Of a DNA stretch of 64,000 nucleotides, positions 24,001 to 29,290 are shown piece by piece. The translations under genes were made by a program, and so were the position numbers. The notes beneath the pieces were generated by a model. That model did not search any database. It was given only the letters and a program-made list of their open reading frames with translations, and had not been told where the DNA came from. Position 1 is the stretch's first letter. Every line of letters starts with the position of its first letter. The stretch comes from an uncultured Gammaproteobacteria bacterium (GTDB taxonomy: Bacteria; Patescibacteriota; Microgenomatia; Levybacterales; GWA1-39-11). Location of the stretch: contig CAZAJO010000008.1 of the NCBI GenBank assembly GCA_964485575.1, forward strand, positions 921 to 64,920, written 5' to 3'.

Positions 24001-26113
24001 AAAGTGCTGGTAGTGTCGCAATTCTGGCAGCTCCCGGAGCAGGAGAGGTAATAGTTGTCGTGTTACCGGTCCCCAAGACTATCTGGTTTGTAACAGCCTG
24101 AGCAGTCAATGTTGTTGCAGAGACAATTGTGCCGGCACCAGTCGTTAGGATATTGCCGGATGTTGATAAATTATCTCCAGCAGTTGTTGGGGCGATTGTA
24201 GAGGTTCCATTGTTGCGGGTGAAAAATCCGACAGTACCCGAAGTATTGGTTGTTGTTATATTTCCAGAACATACAAGATTGCCAGTTGCGTCATCAATTG
24301 TACATCCCGTTGTGCCTGATCCCCCTGCAAGAGAAACATCCCCATCAGACGCAATTAGGAGCGCTTGCGCTCCTGTAGTGGTGTTGTATATCGTGAATTG
24401 TGACGTATCCACATTCACGGAATAATCATCCTGACCCACATCACTATCCACGAAAAATACCGAAGGATCAGAATTGGCTATAGTGATATCTCCGCCTGCT
24501 GTAGTTGTACCGGTGAGATAAAGATTTCGATAACGCCTGAGCGCAGAACCGAGATCGTAGGTATCATCAGCACTTGGTCCGATACTTCCAGCAACCTCAA
24601 GCCTAAAAGGATTACCATCAGCATCGAGGTCATCTGGTGCAACACCAATACCGAGACGGCCATTCGGAATCGTGACGAGTCCCGCTCCAATCGTCGCAGT
24701 GTCTAGGGCAGAACCGATATTGATGATATCAGCGGCAGTGTTGTCCGTTGCAATATTTATGACGTTTCCAGCCGTACCTGTGCCGACATTGATGATTTTT
24801 GCATTGTTTCCGGTGCCAAGATTGACTGTGCCGGTCGTGCCACTGTCAAGCGTCAAAGAGCTAGCTCCAGCAGAGAGCACTGACCCTGCACCTGTAAAAC
24901 TAAGGATTGTACCGCCTAGGTTAAAGTTGTTAGCAACGCCTGTTACTGATGTCAAGGTAGAAGATAATTGGATGTTGGCTTCTCCTGATGGACTTTCTGT
25001 GACATCAAAATCTCCACCAAGAAAATCCAGAGCATTTATCACATTCGAGACGACTACATCATTCTCTTTGATAGTTGCAACAGCAAAAGATGTGATATTA
25101 GTCCAAGAAGGAATGCCTGATGGGTCAACTGTTAAAAACTGTCCAGTCGTTCCGATCGGCAGCCCTGCAAGAACGTCAGTGGAAGCTGCATAGATGATGT
25201 CACCGGTCGTGTATGTAGAAAGTCCAGTTCCACCTACACCAACACTTATAAGTCCCGTCTTTATTGCTTCTCCGGCTACCGATCCTCCAGACCCAATTGT
25301 TAAAGTATTTGCAATATCTGGATCAGTGAGACATGAAGAACAATGTCCACGTGCAACCAAAGTTTCGAGTGTCGTTATGTCGGAAATGGTGAGATCAGTT
25401 ATCTGTATGCCATCACCCGCAAGAAGCTCTATATCACCTGTCTGACCCTGGAGTGAAGTAACCCCACTGGCATCCACAGAAATCGTGGGGGACTGTGGAT
25501 CTCCACTCAAAGTCACATTGTCACCAGCGGTTAGACTGTAGACTACATTTGGAGCTGTGATATTCCCTTTGAAAAGACTCGTACCCTCAACGAGAAGATT
25601 TTTCTTTATCGTTAGGTTCTCACGAGCAACAACCGGCAGTCCAAAAATCACACTACCGGTTAGCTTCAATTTGCTTGTTTGGGTTCCAAGTACTTCCGGT
25701 GTTTCGGTTGCGACATCTGTAGATTTAATTATTTTTGGAGCTGAATTCTTTATTAGCTGTTGCCTTGCAAAAACACCAGTAACGAAAAGTGCTGAGGCTA
25801 AAACACCGAGAACCAGGGTTTTCTTTGTTGGTTTGAGGTATGCGAATTGAAAGAATAGCCTTGTAGCCTCAAAAAGGAGGCTCATACTGTTGATAAATGA
25901 CTGAAATGGGCTTATAGTTTTATCAGCTGATGGAACAGCATCCACCTTAGCTTTGCTAGCTTCTACGAGCTTGGTAAGATCATCTTGCCTGTACTGAAAT
26001 TCTCCTTTTTCGTTGGTAAATGGGGTAAGTGAGTGGCGGTCGCAGAGATACACAAGGGTTTCTACTGAAACACCAAGCTGACGAGCTGCCTGTTTTAACG
26101 TTAATAATTTCAT
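1..26113 (-). CDS. giant repetitive cell-surface protein (3' end cut by window edge; >8,700 codons here): N-terminal HTH_17/excisionase-like motif, one TM helix, then >8,500 aa of Thr/Gly/Asn/Ser/Ala-rich tandem modules
   Basis: ATG = revcomp of cat at 26111-26113. I hand-translated the minus strand at 26113-25680, 24690-24480, 22633-22553, 17110-17042, 13681-13622 and 3667-3437; every piece is open and in one frame (plus-strand triplets starting at positions = 2 mod 3). The ORF track lists no minus-strand ORF in that frame; the track omits ORFs with no in-window stop, as with ppa at 63492. The plus strand is cut into ~90 short ORFs with PVV/VPV-rich translations, as expected for antisense of ACC/GGT/AAC-rich coding DNA. 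N-terminus: MKLLTLKQAARQLGVSVETLVYLCDRHSLTPFTNEKGEFQYRQDDLTKL. TM: TLVLGVLASALFVTGVFA. Confidence 0.8.
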   Translation of the reverse strand, partial: MKLLTLKQAARQLGVSVETLVYLCDRHSLTPFTNEKGEFQYRQDDLTKLVEASKAKVDAVPSADKTISPFQSFINSMSLLFEATRLFFQFAYLKPTKKTLVLGVLASALFVTGVFARQQLIKNSAPKIIKSTDVATETPEVLGTQTSKLKLTGSVIFGLPVVARENLTIKKNLLVEGTSLFKGNITAPNVVYSLTAGDNVTLSGDPQSPTISVDASGVTSLQGQTGDIELLAGDGIQITDLTISDITTLETLVARGHCSSCLTDPDIANTLTIGSGGSVAGEAIKTGLISVGVGGTGLSTYTTGDIIYAASTDVLAGLPIGTTGQFLTVDPSGIPSWTNITSFAVATIKENDVVVSNVINALDFLGGDFDVTESPSGEANIQLSSTLTSVTGVANNFNLGGTILSFTGAGSVLSAGASSLTLDSGTTGTVNLGTGNNAKIINVGTGTAGNVINIATDNTAADIINIGSALDTATIGAGLVTIPNGRLGIGVAPDDLDADGNPFRLEVAGSIGPSADDTYDLGSALRRYRNLYLTGTTTAGGDITIANSDPSVFFVDSDVGQDDYSVNVDTSQFTIYNTTTGAQALLIASDGDVSLAGGSGTTGCTIDDATGNLVCSGNITTTNTSGTVGFFTRNNGTSTIAPTTAGDNLSTSGNILTTGAGTIVSATTLTAQAVTNQIVLGTGNTTTITSPAPGAARIATLPALSADDTFVFANETQTLSNKTIGATGLTFSGAATDVSTLANEDFTITPNGTGQIVLSNTTRLLNLPGPGVSATTLCRDNVSNEITQCPANAGGISLQLAYNSGNTISVSDSIGNLDFTLASDSARALTLTNAGTASSALVINDTNAAIQNALEVQSGGSTTLTINENGILSTSGNILTTGAGTITSAGTLTASNGLTLTTGTLNLTATAGTLNLSGLSGSSISTGVNNLLITSANLNTTATGINSTAVGSTTPSTGAFTNLSANGAFTLSSFITDGVVINNSSGVFSTIAQLNPARGGTGLDTSAALPGQILIGNGTGLSLNYISGTSNQVNVVNGSGTIVLSTPQDIAATSSPTFASQTLSNTSNQLTLGAAGNTLVINSNSQSVPRTATIPALNASDTFVFANETQTLSNKTIGSTGLIFSGAATDITTASNEDLTLSASGIGQIVLSNTVRLGSLPAAGVAATTLCRDNVSNEITQCPANASNVSLQLAYDSGNTITTTANRNIDFTLGSGLSTSLLLTNVGTASAFVINDTSGSVNNSLVIQSSGSATLTINENGLLSTSGNILTTGTGSILSATTLTAQAATNQLVLGSGNTTTISSVAPSAPRIATLPALTVDDTFIFAQQTQTLTNKTIGTTGLVFSGAATDISTLANEDFTITPNGTGQIVLSNITRLENLPVAGVAATTLCRDDLSHQVTECPANAANISLQLAYEAGNTISASNSFGDISLTLADLSSRQFLLTNAGTGSAAFVINDTNASVQNALSIQSSGSATLTINENGNLTTAGVLTSLAATNQLVLGTGNTTTISSVAPAASRIATIPGLSANDTFIFANQSQTLTNKLLTDNSITFQDDGDNTKQFLFDLSQITTGTLRTISIPDYDGTVCLTVGNCAGAGGVVGGAGTLNRLAKFTVTGSNIGDSNFTDDGTTITSLTAFNVGDQTGVDTLSLLRLATSTSGATLNNSNLLSLQGSYWNGASSNNLTFSLQNQILTTAPTYQLAFVNNAGDNAATLSYAGNLGLAATTNQLSLGTINTTTINSPAPGAPRIATLPALTFDDTFIFAAQTQTLTNKTIGASGLVFSGAANDLITVSNEDLTLTPNGTGQIVLSNIARLENLPLAGVSGTTLCRDDSSHEITECPANAANISLQLAYEAGNTISATDGEGNIDFTLADLSSRQFLLTNAGTGSAAFVINDTNASIQNALSIQSSGSATLTISENGNLITTGSITSNSLSTGAITATGSLTFNGVGTDITTVSNQDLTITPDGTGQIVLSNITKLLNLPAAGLSATTLCRDDITNEITECPANAANISLQLAYEAGNTISATDGEGNIDITLADLSSRQFLLTNAGTGSAAFVINDTNASLQDVFQAQSSGSATLTISENGNLTSVGNLSTSGNILTTGTGAITSAGLLTAQNGFTVTTGAVNITGTSGALSLSGLSASSLQFGGNNLLIGAANLNVTATGINSTAIGATTPSTAAFTTVTANTSVTISPFTTAGVVINNASGVLASEQQLAPLRGGTGVDSSAAPNGALLIGNGSGFSLNTITGTSNQVLVANGSGTISLSLPQSIAATSSPTFASLNLTNTTNQVVLGTTNTTTITSLAPSASRFATIPALTADDTFIFANQTQTLSNKSIGSTGLIFSGAATDITTNSNEDLTLSPDGTGQIVLNTITRIPNLSGTVGATVVCRNGANELSICSSNALNVTLQQAYNSGNTIVANDLHGNIDFTLADLSSRQFLLTNAGTGSAAFVINDTNASIQNALSIQSSGSATLTISENGTLSTIDNILTTSGGTITSNGLLTASNGLTVTAGAVNITGSSGAIVLTGLGASTFDSGANALTFTSSNFNTTATGINNTAIGATTPSTGNFTTLTTTGNASFSGNLTLAGAPRSIQTTDFNTLTIGGNTTGLVQIAGNTDITGLLSVQGAATFNNNISQVGTGTFSTGTGTVSLNGNTSVTGSNTFSVGTGATTLGSTLTVASTATFNGNVFVTTGNSFNASGSAVFTPSTGNNVVFNTSSNERIQINGLQTQNGNTLCLDVSNNLAYCNGAPFGLQAAYNTGNTITTTPGRDLAFTLGQDQTTSLTLTNLGTASAFIINDNNANTNTSLEIQSSGSATLSINELGNLTTSGNIATTGTGTITSNALLTASNGLSVTTGAVNITGTSGALNLSGLSASSLQFGGNNLLIGSGNFTVTATGINNTAIGATTPSTGNFTNLTTTGTASFSGDLTLAGAPRSIQTTENNTLTIGGNTTGNIVVSPLSGAGNFTVNGNSAFNGTLNVLGVSTFNDNISQVGASTFTTGTGAITLNGNTSVTGTNTLTVGTGLTTLGGALTVNGVGTFTNNISQTGTGTFSTGTGNVSLNGNTSVTGSNTFTVGTGATTLGSTLDVAGTATFNSNVFITTGNSFNASGAAVFAPSSGNNVVFNTTGTERIQINGLQTQNGNTLCLDVSNNLAYCNGAPFGLQAAYNTGNTITTTPGRNLAFTLGQDQTTSLTLTNLGTASAFIINDNNANTNTSLEIQSSGSATLTINELGNLTTSGNISTTGTGTITSAGLLTASNGLTLTTGALNLTATSGTLNLSGLSASSINTGGNNLTFTSNNFNTTATGINGTAIGVTTPSTGNFTLLTTTSNASISGNLTLAGAPRSIQTTELSALTIGGDTTGEITLSPLNGIGNLNINALTLLNGNTSVTGANTFTVGTGLTTLGGALTVNGVGTFNNNITQVGAYTFSTGTGNVSLNGNTTVTGSNTFSVGTGATTLGSTLDVAGISTFNGNVIITNGNSFDASGSAVFTPSTGNNVVFNTTSNERIQINGLQTQNGNTLCLDVSNNLAYCNGAPFGLQAAYNTGNSITTTPGRSIDFTLGQDQTTSLTLTNQGTASAFIINDNNENTNTALEIQSSGSATLTINELGNLTTSGNIATTGTGTITSAGLLTASNGLTLTTGAINLTATSGVLSLSGLSASSINAGVNNLLITSGNFTATATGINSTAIGATTPSTGAFTTLSSTGTTNLGTSGASDVNIATTGTGNVAIGNATGTFAVTSNGGLNVTTLGALTGVISLDTIGVSATDLTFAGVGTISATGSNSLTLDTGTTGDINLGIGNSAKTIYIGTGTGGNVINIATNDTLADIVNIGSLLDTINLVGSVTANNFNSSGVTVTGGTINGTSVGATVRSSGAFTTLAANSTVLIENLTTSSGTALCIDSFDNIIKCSIGSGTGTLQSSYNNGNTILTNDGRNIAFTLAPGLNLPTSFTLENQSTASAFILNDTSAGGGGTFFDLQSNGASTLKVSEAGVIYLAGDNTSDITTLVGGTDITINPASSTVDATGGNLRLVAGTSTAGGSTGGSVTINAGAGASANGSINIGTLSTGNTVNIGTDNTSPDFINIGSGTDTVNLVGAVTANNLSSSNAVITGGSIDNTPIGNTTRSSGKFTTLAANSTVTIENLVTVVGSPLCTNGDDEVVLCDVGSSAGTLQSSYDNGNTILTNSGRNIDFTLASGLNAATSLTLTNEGTASAFIINDNNAAPNQVALEIQSGGNRRLTIDESGNASTSGYISSSNSIQTIGSGTITSANGLFVTAGGASINGGINNNTGGITNTGSITGATNITASGTSQGDILNAVTSIQTNGTQRVDASGNLVNIGTIASGAITTTGTLTFSGVSTDITTVSNQDLTLLANGTGKIVLNDTVGIPILAGVQGFTVLCQNATNELSQCDPTAFGVTLQSAYNGGNTILTTAGKNIDFTLDSGLTTQLRLTNAGSANAFVINDSNVGSGGIVFEVQSASVSALTISELGTISTSGNIATTGTGTITSAGALTVSAGGASITGGINNNNGGITNTGAITGATNITASGTIQGDTINALTAFQLNGTSINVGGTLSNVAYLDQANVFTNTNTFSSAAPLTLSNSAPDITLATAGNNGVLRIRDAEGSPNTLLALTDAGTVGNLAISGTINAVSGFQLNGTNINTTGTLTNVAYKGQNNNFTVGQTIGGALTVTTGGASITGGINNNTGGITNTGAITGATNITASGTTQTDILNAITAIQLNGVNINTGGTLSNVAYLDTANTFTLGQTINTGGITVVAGGANISGGINNNNGGITNTGAIAGATTIAASGVVTLSGASPLTLSNTTPIITLGAGNAAGTLTIKDSNGTPNTLLTLVDNGTVATLTVGTINATSALQLNGANINTANTLTNVAYKNQSNTFTAGQIITTGGLAIQAGGLDVTGGINNNAGGITNAGAISGATSIDASGVVTLSNAAPLTLSDSAPVITLATAGTNGVLTIKDAEGAPNTLLTLTDTGTTGNLSVTGSINAGTGILLGGTNINTTGTLTNVAYKGQNNNFTVGQTIGGALTVTTGGASITGGINNNTGGITNTGAITGATNITASGTIQGDIINAITALQLNGTDINTAGILTNVAYKNQSNTFTAAQIISSGGLSVTGGINNNNGGITNTGAIGSATTIDASGLVTLSSSTPLALTATTSAITVAAAGSNGTLTIRDGEGSPNTLLTLTDTGTVGNLSVTGTINAVGGYLLNGTNINTTGTLTNVAYKGQNNNFTVGQTIGGALTVTTGGASITGGINNNAGGITSTGAISGVTDITASGVVTLSGASPLTLSNAAPVLTLATTGVDGVLTIADAQGSPNTLLTLTDNGTNATLAVANINATTGFLLNGTNINVGTTLSNVAYLDQANLFAIGQTINTGGITINAGGANITGGINNNTGGITNTGAITGATNITASGTIQGATINATSVFQLNGTSINTTGTLTNVAYKGQNNNFTTAQNIAGTVTITGAATDITTGSNEDLTLVANGSGVINLNDTIQIPTLASPDGSTALCRNAGDFLSACAPNSNGVTLQLAYDAGNTILTTSGRNIDFTLYDENTDSGTPTSFTLMNAGSANAFVINDVRTGSGGIAFEIQSASASALTITELGTITTSGNIATTGTGTITSAGALTVSAGGASITGGINNNTGGITNAGAISGATTIGASGLVTLSAASPLTFSNTNPIVTLGAGNANGVLTIRDSAGSPNTLLTLTDAGTVGNLSVTGTINAGTGYLLNGTNINTAGTLTNVAYLNQANIFTAGQTITTGGLAIQAGGADITGGINNNTGGITNTGAITGATNITASGTTQTDILNAITAIQLNGTNINTAGTLSNVAYKNQSNTFTAAQIISAGGLSVVGGINNNNGGIINTASISGATTIDASGVVTLSGANPLALTNGTPNISLATAGVDGVLTIKDAEGSPNTLLTLTDAGTVGNLSVTGTINAANGFLLGGTNINTTGTLSNVAYKGQDNNFTVGQTIGGALTVTTGGASITGGINNNTGGITNTGAISGATTIGASGLVTLSAGSPLTFSNTNPIVTLGAANANGTFTIKDSAGVPNTLLTLTDAGSVGNLSVTGSVNAGTTLQIGGVDINTAGTLTNVAYQNQSNTFTALQTITTGGLTISADGASITGGINNNTGGITNTGAITGATNITASGTIQGATINGTSVIQLNGVDINTAGTLTNVAYQNQANTFTALQTISSGGLTISAGGANITGGIDNNVGGITNTGAIAGATTIAASGTVTLSSGSPLTLSNTTPIITLGAGNAAGVLTIRDSNGAPNTLLTLTDNGTTATLAVANINATTAFLLNGTSINTTGTLSNVAYKGQDNNFTVGQTIGGALTVTTGGASITGGINNNAGGITNTGAITGATNITASGTIEGATLNATNNIQTNGVTRLDVIGNLTNINTISSGAITTSGVLTFNGVPTDITTGPNENLTLAPNGTGEILLNNYVQVATLSATTGLTTVCRNASNQLSTCAANASAVTLQQAYDAGNTILTTSGRNIDFTLDSGLSTQFTLTNAGSANAFVINDTNAGTGGVALDVQSAGVSKLSISELGNISTSGNITTTATGTITSAGALTVNSGGAYLKGGINNNSGGIINTGSITGITNLTASGTATLTGSSPLTLSNANPNIRLATAGTDGTLTISDAEGSPNTLLTLTDNGTVGTLSVGTVNASTGFTLGGTDINTTGTLTNVAYKGQNNNFTVGQTIGGLLTVTTGGITVSAGGASINGGINNNAGGITSTGAIAGATTIAASGTVTLSSAAPITLTNSAPDITLGAGDANGTLSIKDSAGSPNTLLTLVDNGTDATLTVGTVNALSALQINGANINTTGTLTNVAYKGQNNNFTVGQTIAGLLTVSSGGASITGGINNNTGGITNTGAITGATNITASGTIQGATLNATSVIQLAGTDINTAGTLTNVAYQNQANTFTALQTITTGGLTINAGGANITGGIANNAGGITGTGAIAGATTIDASGTVTLSSASPLTFSNTNPIVTLGAGNAAGVLTIRDSNGAPNTLLTLTDNGTTATLAVANINATTAFLLNGTSINTTGTLSNVAYKGQDNNFTVGQTIGGALTVTTGGASITGGINNNTGGITSAGAISGATTIDASGTVTLSSASPLTLSNNAPVLTLATAGNNGVFTIKDAEVSPNTLLTLTDNGTNGTLTVANVNATTALQFNGTNINTTGTLSNVAYKGQNNNFTVGQTIGGLLTVSAGGANITGGINNNAGGITNTGAVSGATNITASGTIQGGTLDATTSVQTSGTDRIDASGNLVNIGTISSGAITTTGTLTFDGVSTDITTGTNEDLTLTPNGTGQIVLSNLTQVPTLGTNGTIGLCRNALNQIATCNAATATLQTAYDNGNTITTTTGRNIAFTLAGGLGSPTSFTLTNAGTANAFILNDTAAGTGGIAINVKSNGTSTLTIDELGNLTTSGNIVTTGTGAITAAGLLSATNGASISAGLDNNLGGITNAGAITGATNITASGTIEGDIINAVSAFQLNGTSINTAGTLTNVAYKNQNNNFTVGQTIAGLLTVSTGGASITGGINNNTGGLTNAGAISGATTIAASGTVTLSGVSPLTLSNASPIVTLATQGTNGVLTIRDAELSPNNLLTLTDYGDGGSLSVSSISATTSLQLNGVDINTAGTLTNVAYRNQNNNFTVGQTIAGLLTVSSGGASITGGINNNTGGISNTGAITGATNITASGTIQGATVNATSVIQLNGTDINTAGTLTNVAYQNQQNTFSQNNIFSNANPVTLSDNAPIVTLATIGNNGVLTIKDAEGSPNTLLTLTDAGTVGNLSLSGTINAVSGFLLNGTNINTTGTLSNVAYKGQNNNFTVGQTIAGLLTVSSGGASITGGINNNTGGITNTGAIAGATNITASGTVTLSGASPLTLTNAAPTAILGTAGVDSTLTINDGDANTLLSLTDAGTVGNLSLTGSVNAVTGFLFNGTNINTTGTLTNVAYKGQNNNFTVGQTIGGALTVTTGGASITGGIDNNNGGVTNTGAITGATNITASGTTQTDILNAITAIQLNGANINTAGTLTNVAYLNQANTFTNTNTFSSATPVVLSNTNPVITLGAGNAAGTLTINDSNGSPNTLLTLVDNGTVGTLTVGTVNASSNVQTNGTTRIDASGNLTNIGTVSSGAITTTGTLTFNGVSTDITTGTNENLTIAPNGTGEIILSNLVQVPTLGTNGTSGLCRNASNQIASCNANVNNVTLQQAYEAGNTISATDNEGNIDFTLANLNSRQFTITNAGTGSAALVINDTNASIQNALQIQSSGSATLAINENGNLTTSGNIVTTGTGTITAANGFVATAGGANITGGINNNTGGITNTGAIAGATNITASGTVQTDVLNAITAIQLNGLNINTAGTLTNVAYLNQANTFTNTNTFSSATPIILSNTNPVVTVGAGDAAGTLTIKDSAGSPNTLLSLVDNGTVATLSVDTINALSQLQVNGANINTTGTLSNVAYKGQNNNFTTAQTIGGLLTVSTGGLTVSAGGASITGGFNNNNGGITNAGAVSGVTTLDASGTVTLSGISPLTLSNTTPTITLSTLGNNGTLTIKDAEGSPNTLLTLVDNGTTATLSASSINGVTDIQTNGVRRIDASGNLTNIGTVSSGAITTTGTLTFNGVSTDITTGTNENLTIAPNGSGQILLSNLTQVSTLGTNGNV
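100..13350 (-). repeat. family-A tandem coding modules inside the giant gene (~400 nt = ~133 aa each; higher-order ~2.2-kb near-identical copies)
   Basis: Antisense shadow ORFs recur at 393-420-nt spacing (2139/2559, 4467/4872, 5613/6006, 7758/8160, 11487/11952/12462) with near-identical translations. The copies at 4872-5225 and 7098-7445 are almost identical, 2226 nt apart. Hand-translating the minus strand at 3667-3437 gives ...LTNVAYKNQNNNFTVGQTIAGLLTVSTGGASITGGINNNTGGLTNAGAISGATTIAASGTVTLSG... Confidence 0.75.
15330..18420 (-). repeat. family-B modules inside the giant gene (~1.16-1.25 kb period) made of short NGNTSVTG-x-NTF-x-VGTG sub-repeats
   Basis: Shadow ORFs at 15564, 16725 and 17970 share the same long translation, 1161 and 1245 nt apart. 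Minus-strand hand translation at 17110-17042 gives TFTTGTGAITLNGNTSVTGTNTL. Confidence 0.7.
18800..24120 (-). repeat. family-C modules inside the giant gene (~1.21 kb period) carrying a Cys-pair motif TTLCRD(N/D)xSxEITxCPANA
   Basis: Shadow ORFs at 18852, 20793(partial), 22551 and 23763 are mutually similar. Minus-strand hand translation at 22633-22553 gives PAAGVAATTLCRDNVSNEITQCPANAS. Confidence 0.7.
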
Positions 26114-26600
26114 TGACGAGTTTTGACTATCGCGTATATATAAAACGGGTGTATATCTAATGTATCTATTTTCGATAAAACTAGTCAACGTATGTTAATG
26201 ATAGGTACTGTAACAAACTGTACTGTTTTTCATAAAAAAATATATAACGTGTAGAAGCGGTTAAAAAGCGAAAAAAAATGATGATGCATTATGTTATAGA
26301 AAGTAGTAGTCATCCTAAACCGTATCAAATCTTAAAAAACAGAATATATTTCACAAAAACTTTTCACGCACATTAATCTTATAGTAACTATTCAGCAAAT
26401 TTTAATATTTTTATTTTCTCAAAATTGCAGAAAAAAATATTTCATTTTTCGCAAAATTAAAATTGACTTTTCACAGAATTGCGATATTTGAAGCTAATTA
26501 TTTTACGGTATTATAAATTGCTTTGATATAACAGAATAAAATGCATTATTGAGTTTATTAGTAGTACATAATGTAATTTAGCTTGGATTCAAGGCCAAAT

Positions 26601-26873
26601 TTATTTATCCATGAAGAGAACTTCGATTCCTAAGAAGATATTAGCGCTGTCTTGTTTGACTTTCATGACAGCTTGTTCGAATTTCAACTCTTTTACTTTC
26701 TGACGGTTATCGTAAAGAACTAACTCTTGGCGTATGATAGAGATGAAGTTAGCATGCATCGGGTATATATCAAATGGTCCAACTTCATTGAAAGAACTTA
26801 TACGTTCAACCTCACCTTCATAGATAATGTTTTCAGTATCTCTGACTTTAACTTTGAATTTTTTCTCACTCAT
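26601..26873 (-). CDS. atpC: F-type ATP synthase epsilon subunit, beta-sandwich domain only (90 aa)
   Basis: Last gene after atpD. FKVKVRDTENIIYEGEVERISSFNEVGPFDIYPMHANF matches the epsilon N-domain pattern (..GxxGILPGHAP..). No C-terminal helical domain. Confidence 0.6.
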   Translation of the reverse strand: MSEKKFKVKVRDTENIIYEGEVERISSFNEVGPFDIYPMHANFISIIRQELVLYDNRQKVKELKFEQAVMKVKQDSANIFLGIEVLFMDK

Positions 26874-26883
26874 AAGATCCTAT

Positions 26884-29287
<2,404 letters not shown>

Positions 29288-29290
29288 ATG

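Noticed and set aside
78-25850. About 90 plus-strand ORFs (60-346 aa) with PVV/VPV/TVP-rich translations
   Set aside because: All are antisense to the single giant minus-strand ORF. The codon bias of that gene (ACC/GGT/AAC/AAT) leaves few stops on the opposite strand. Their translations are low-complexity, fragmented across frames, and none has coding support.
1-26113. Possibility that the repeats are a CRISPR array or a mobile-element pile-up
   Set aside because: Periodicity is ~400 nt to 1.2 kb, not 28-40 nt repeat/spacer units. The whole region is one open reading frame with protein-level module conservation. No transposase or integrase was seen.
26114-26600. Search for a tRNA or ncRNA in the long intergenic region
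   Set aside because: The sequence is uniformly AT-rich with no cloverleaf-compatible GC stems. I treat it as a regulatory leader only.
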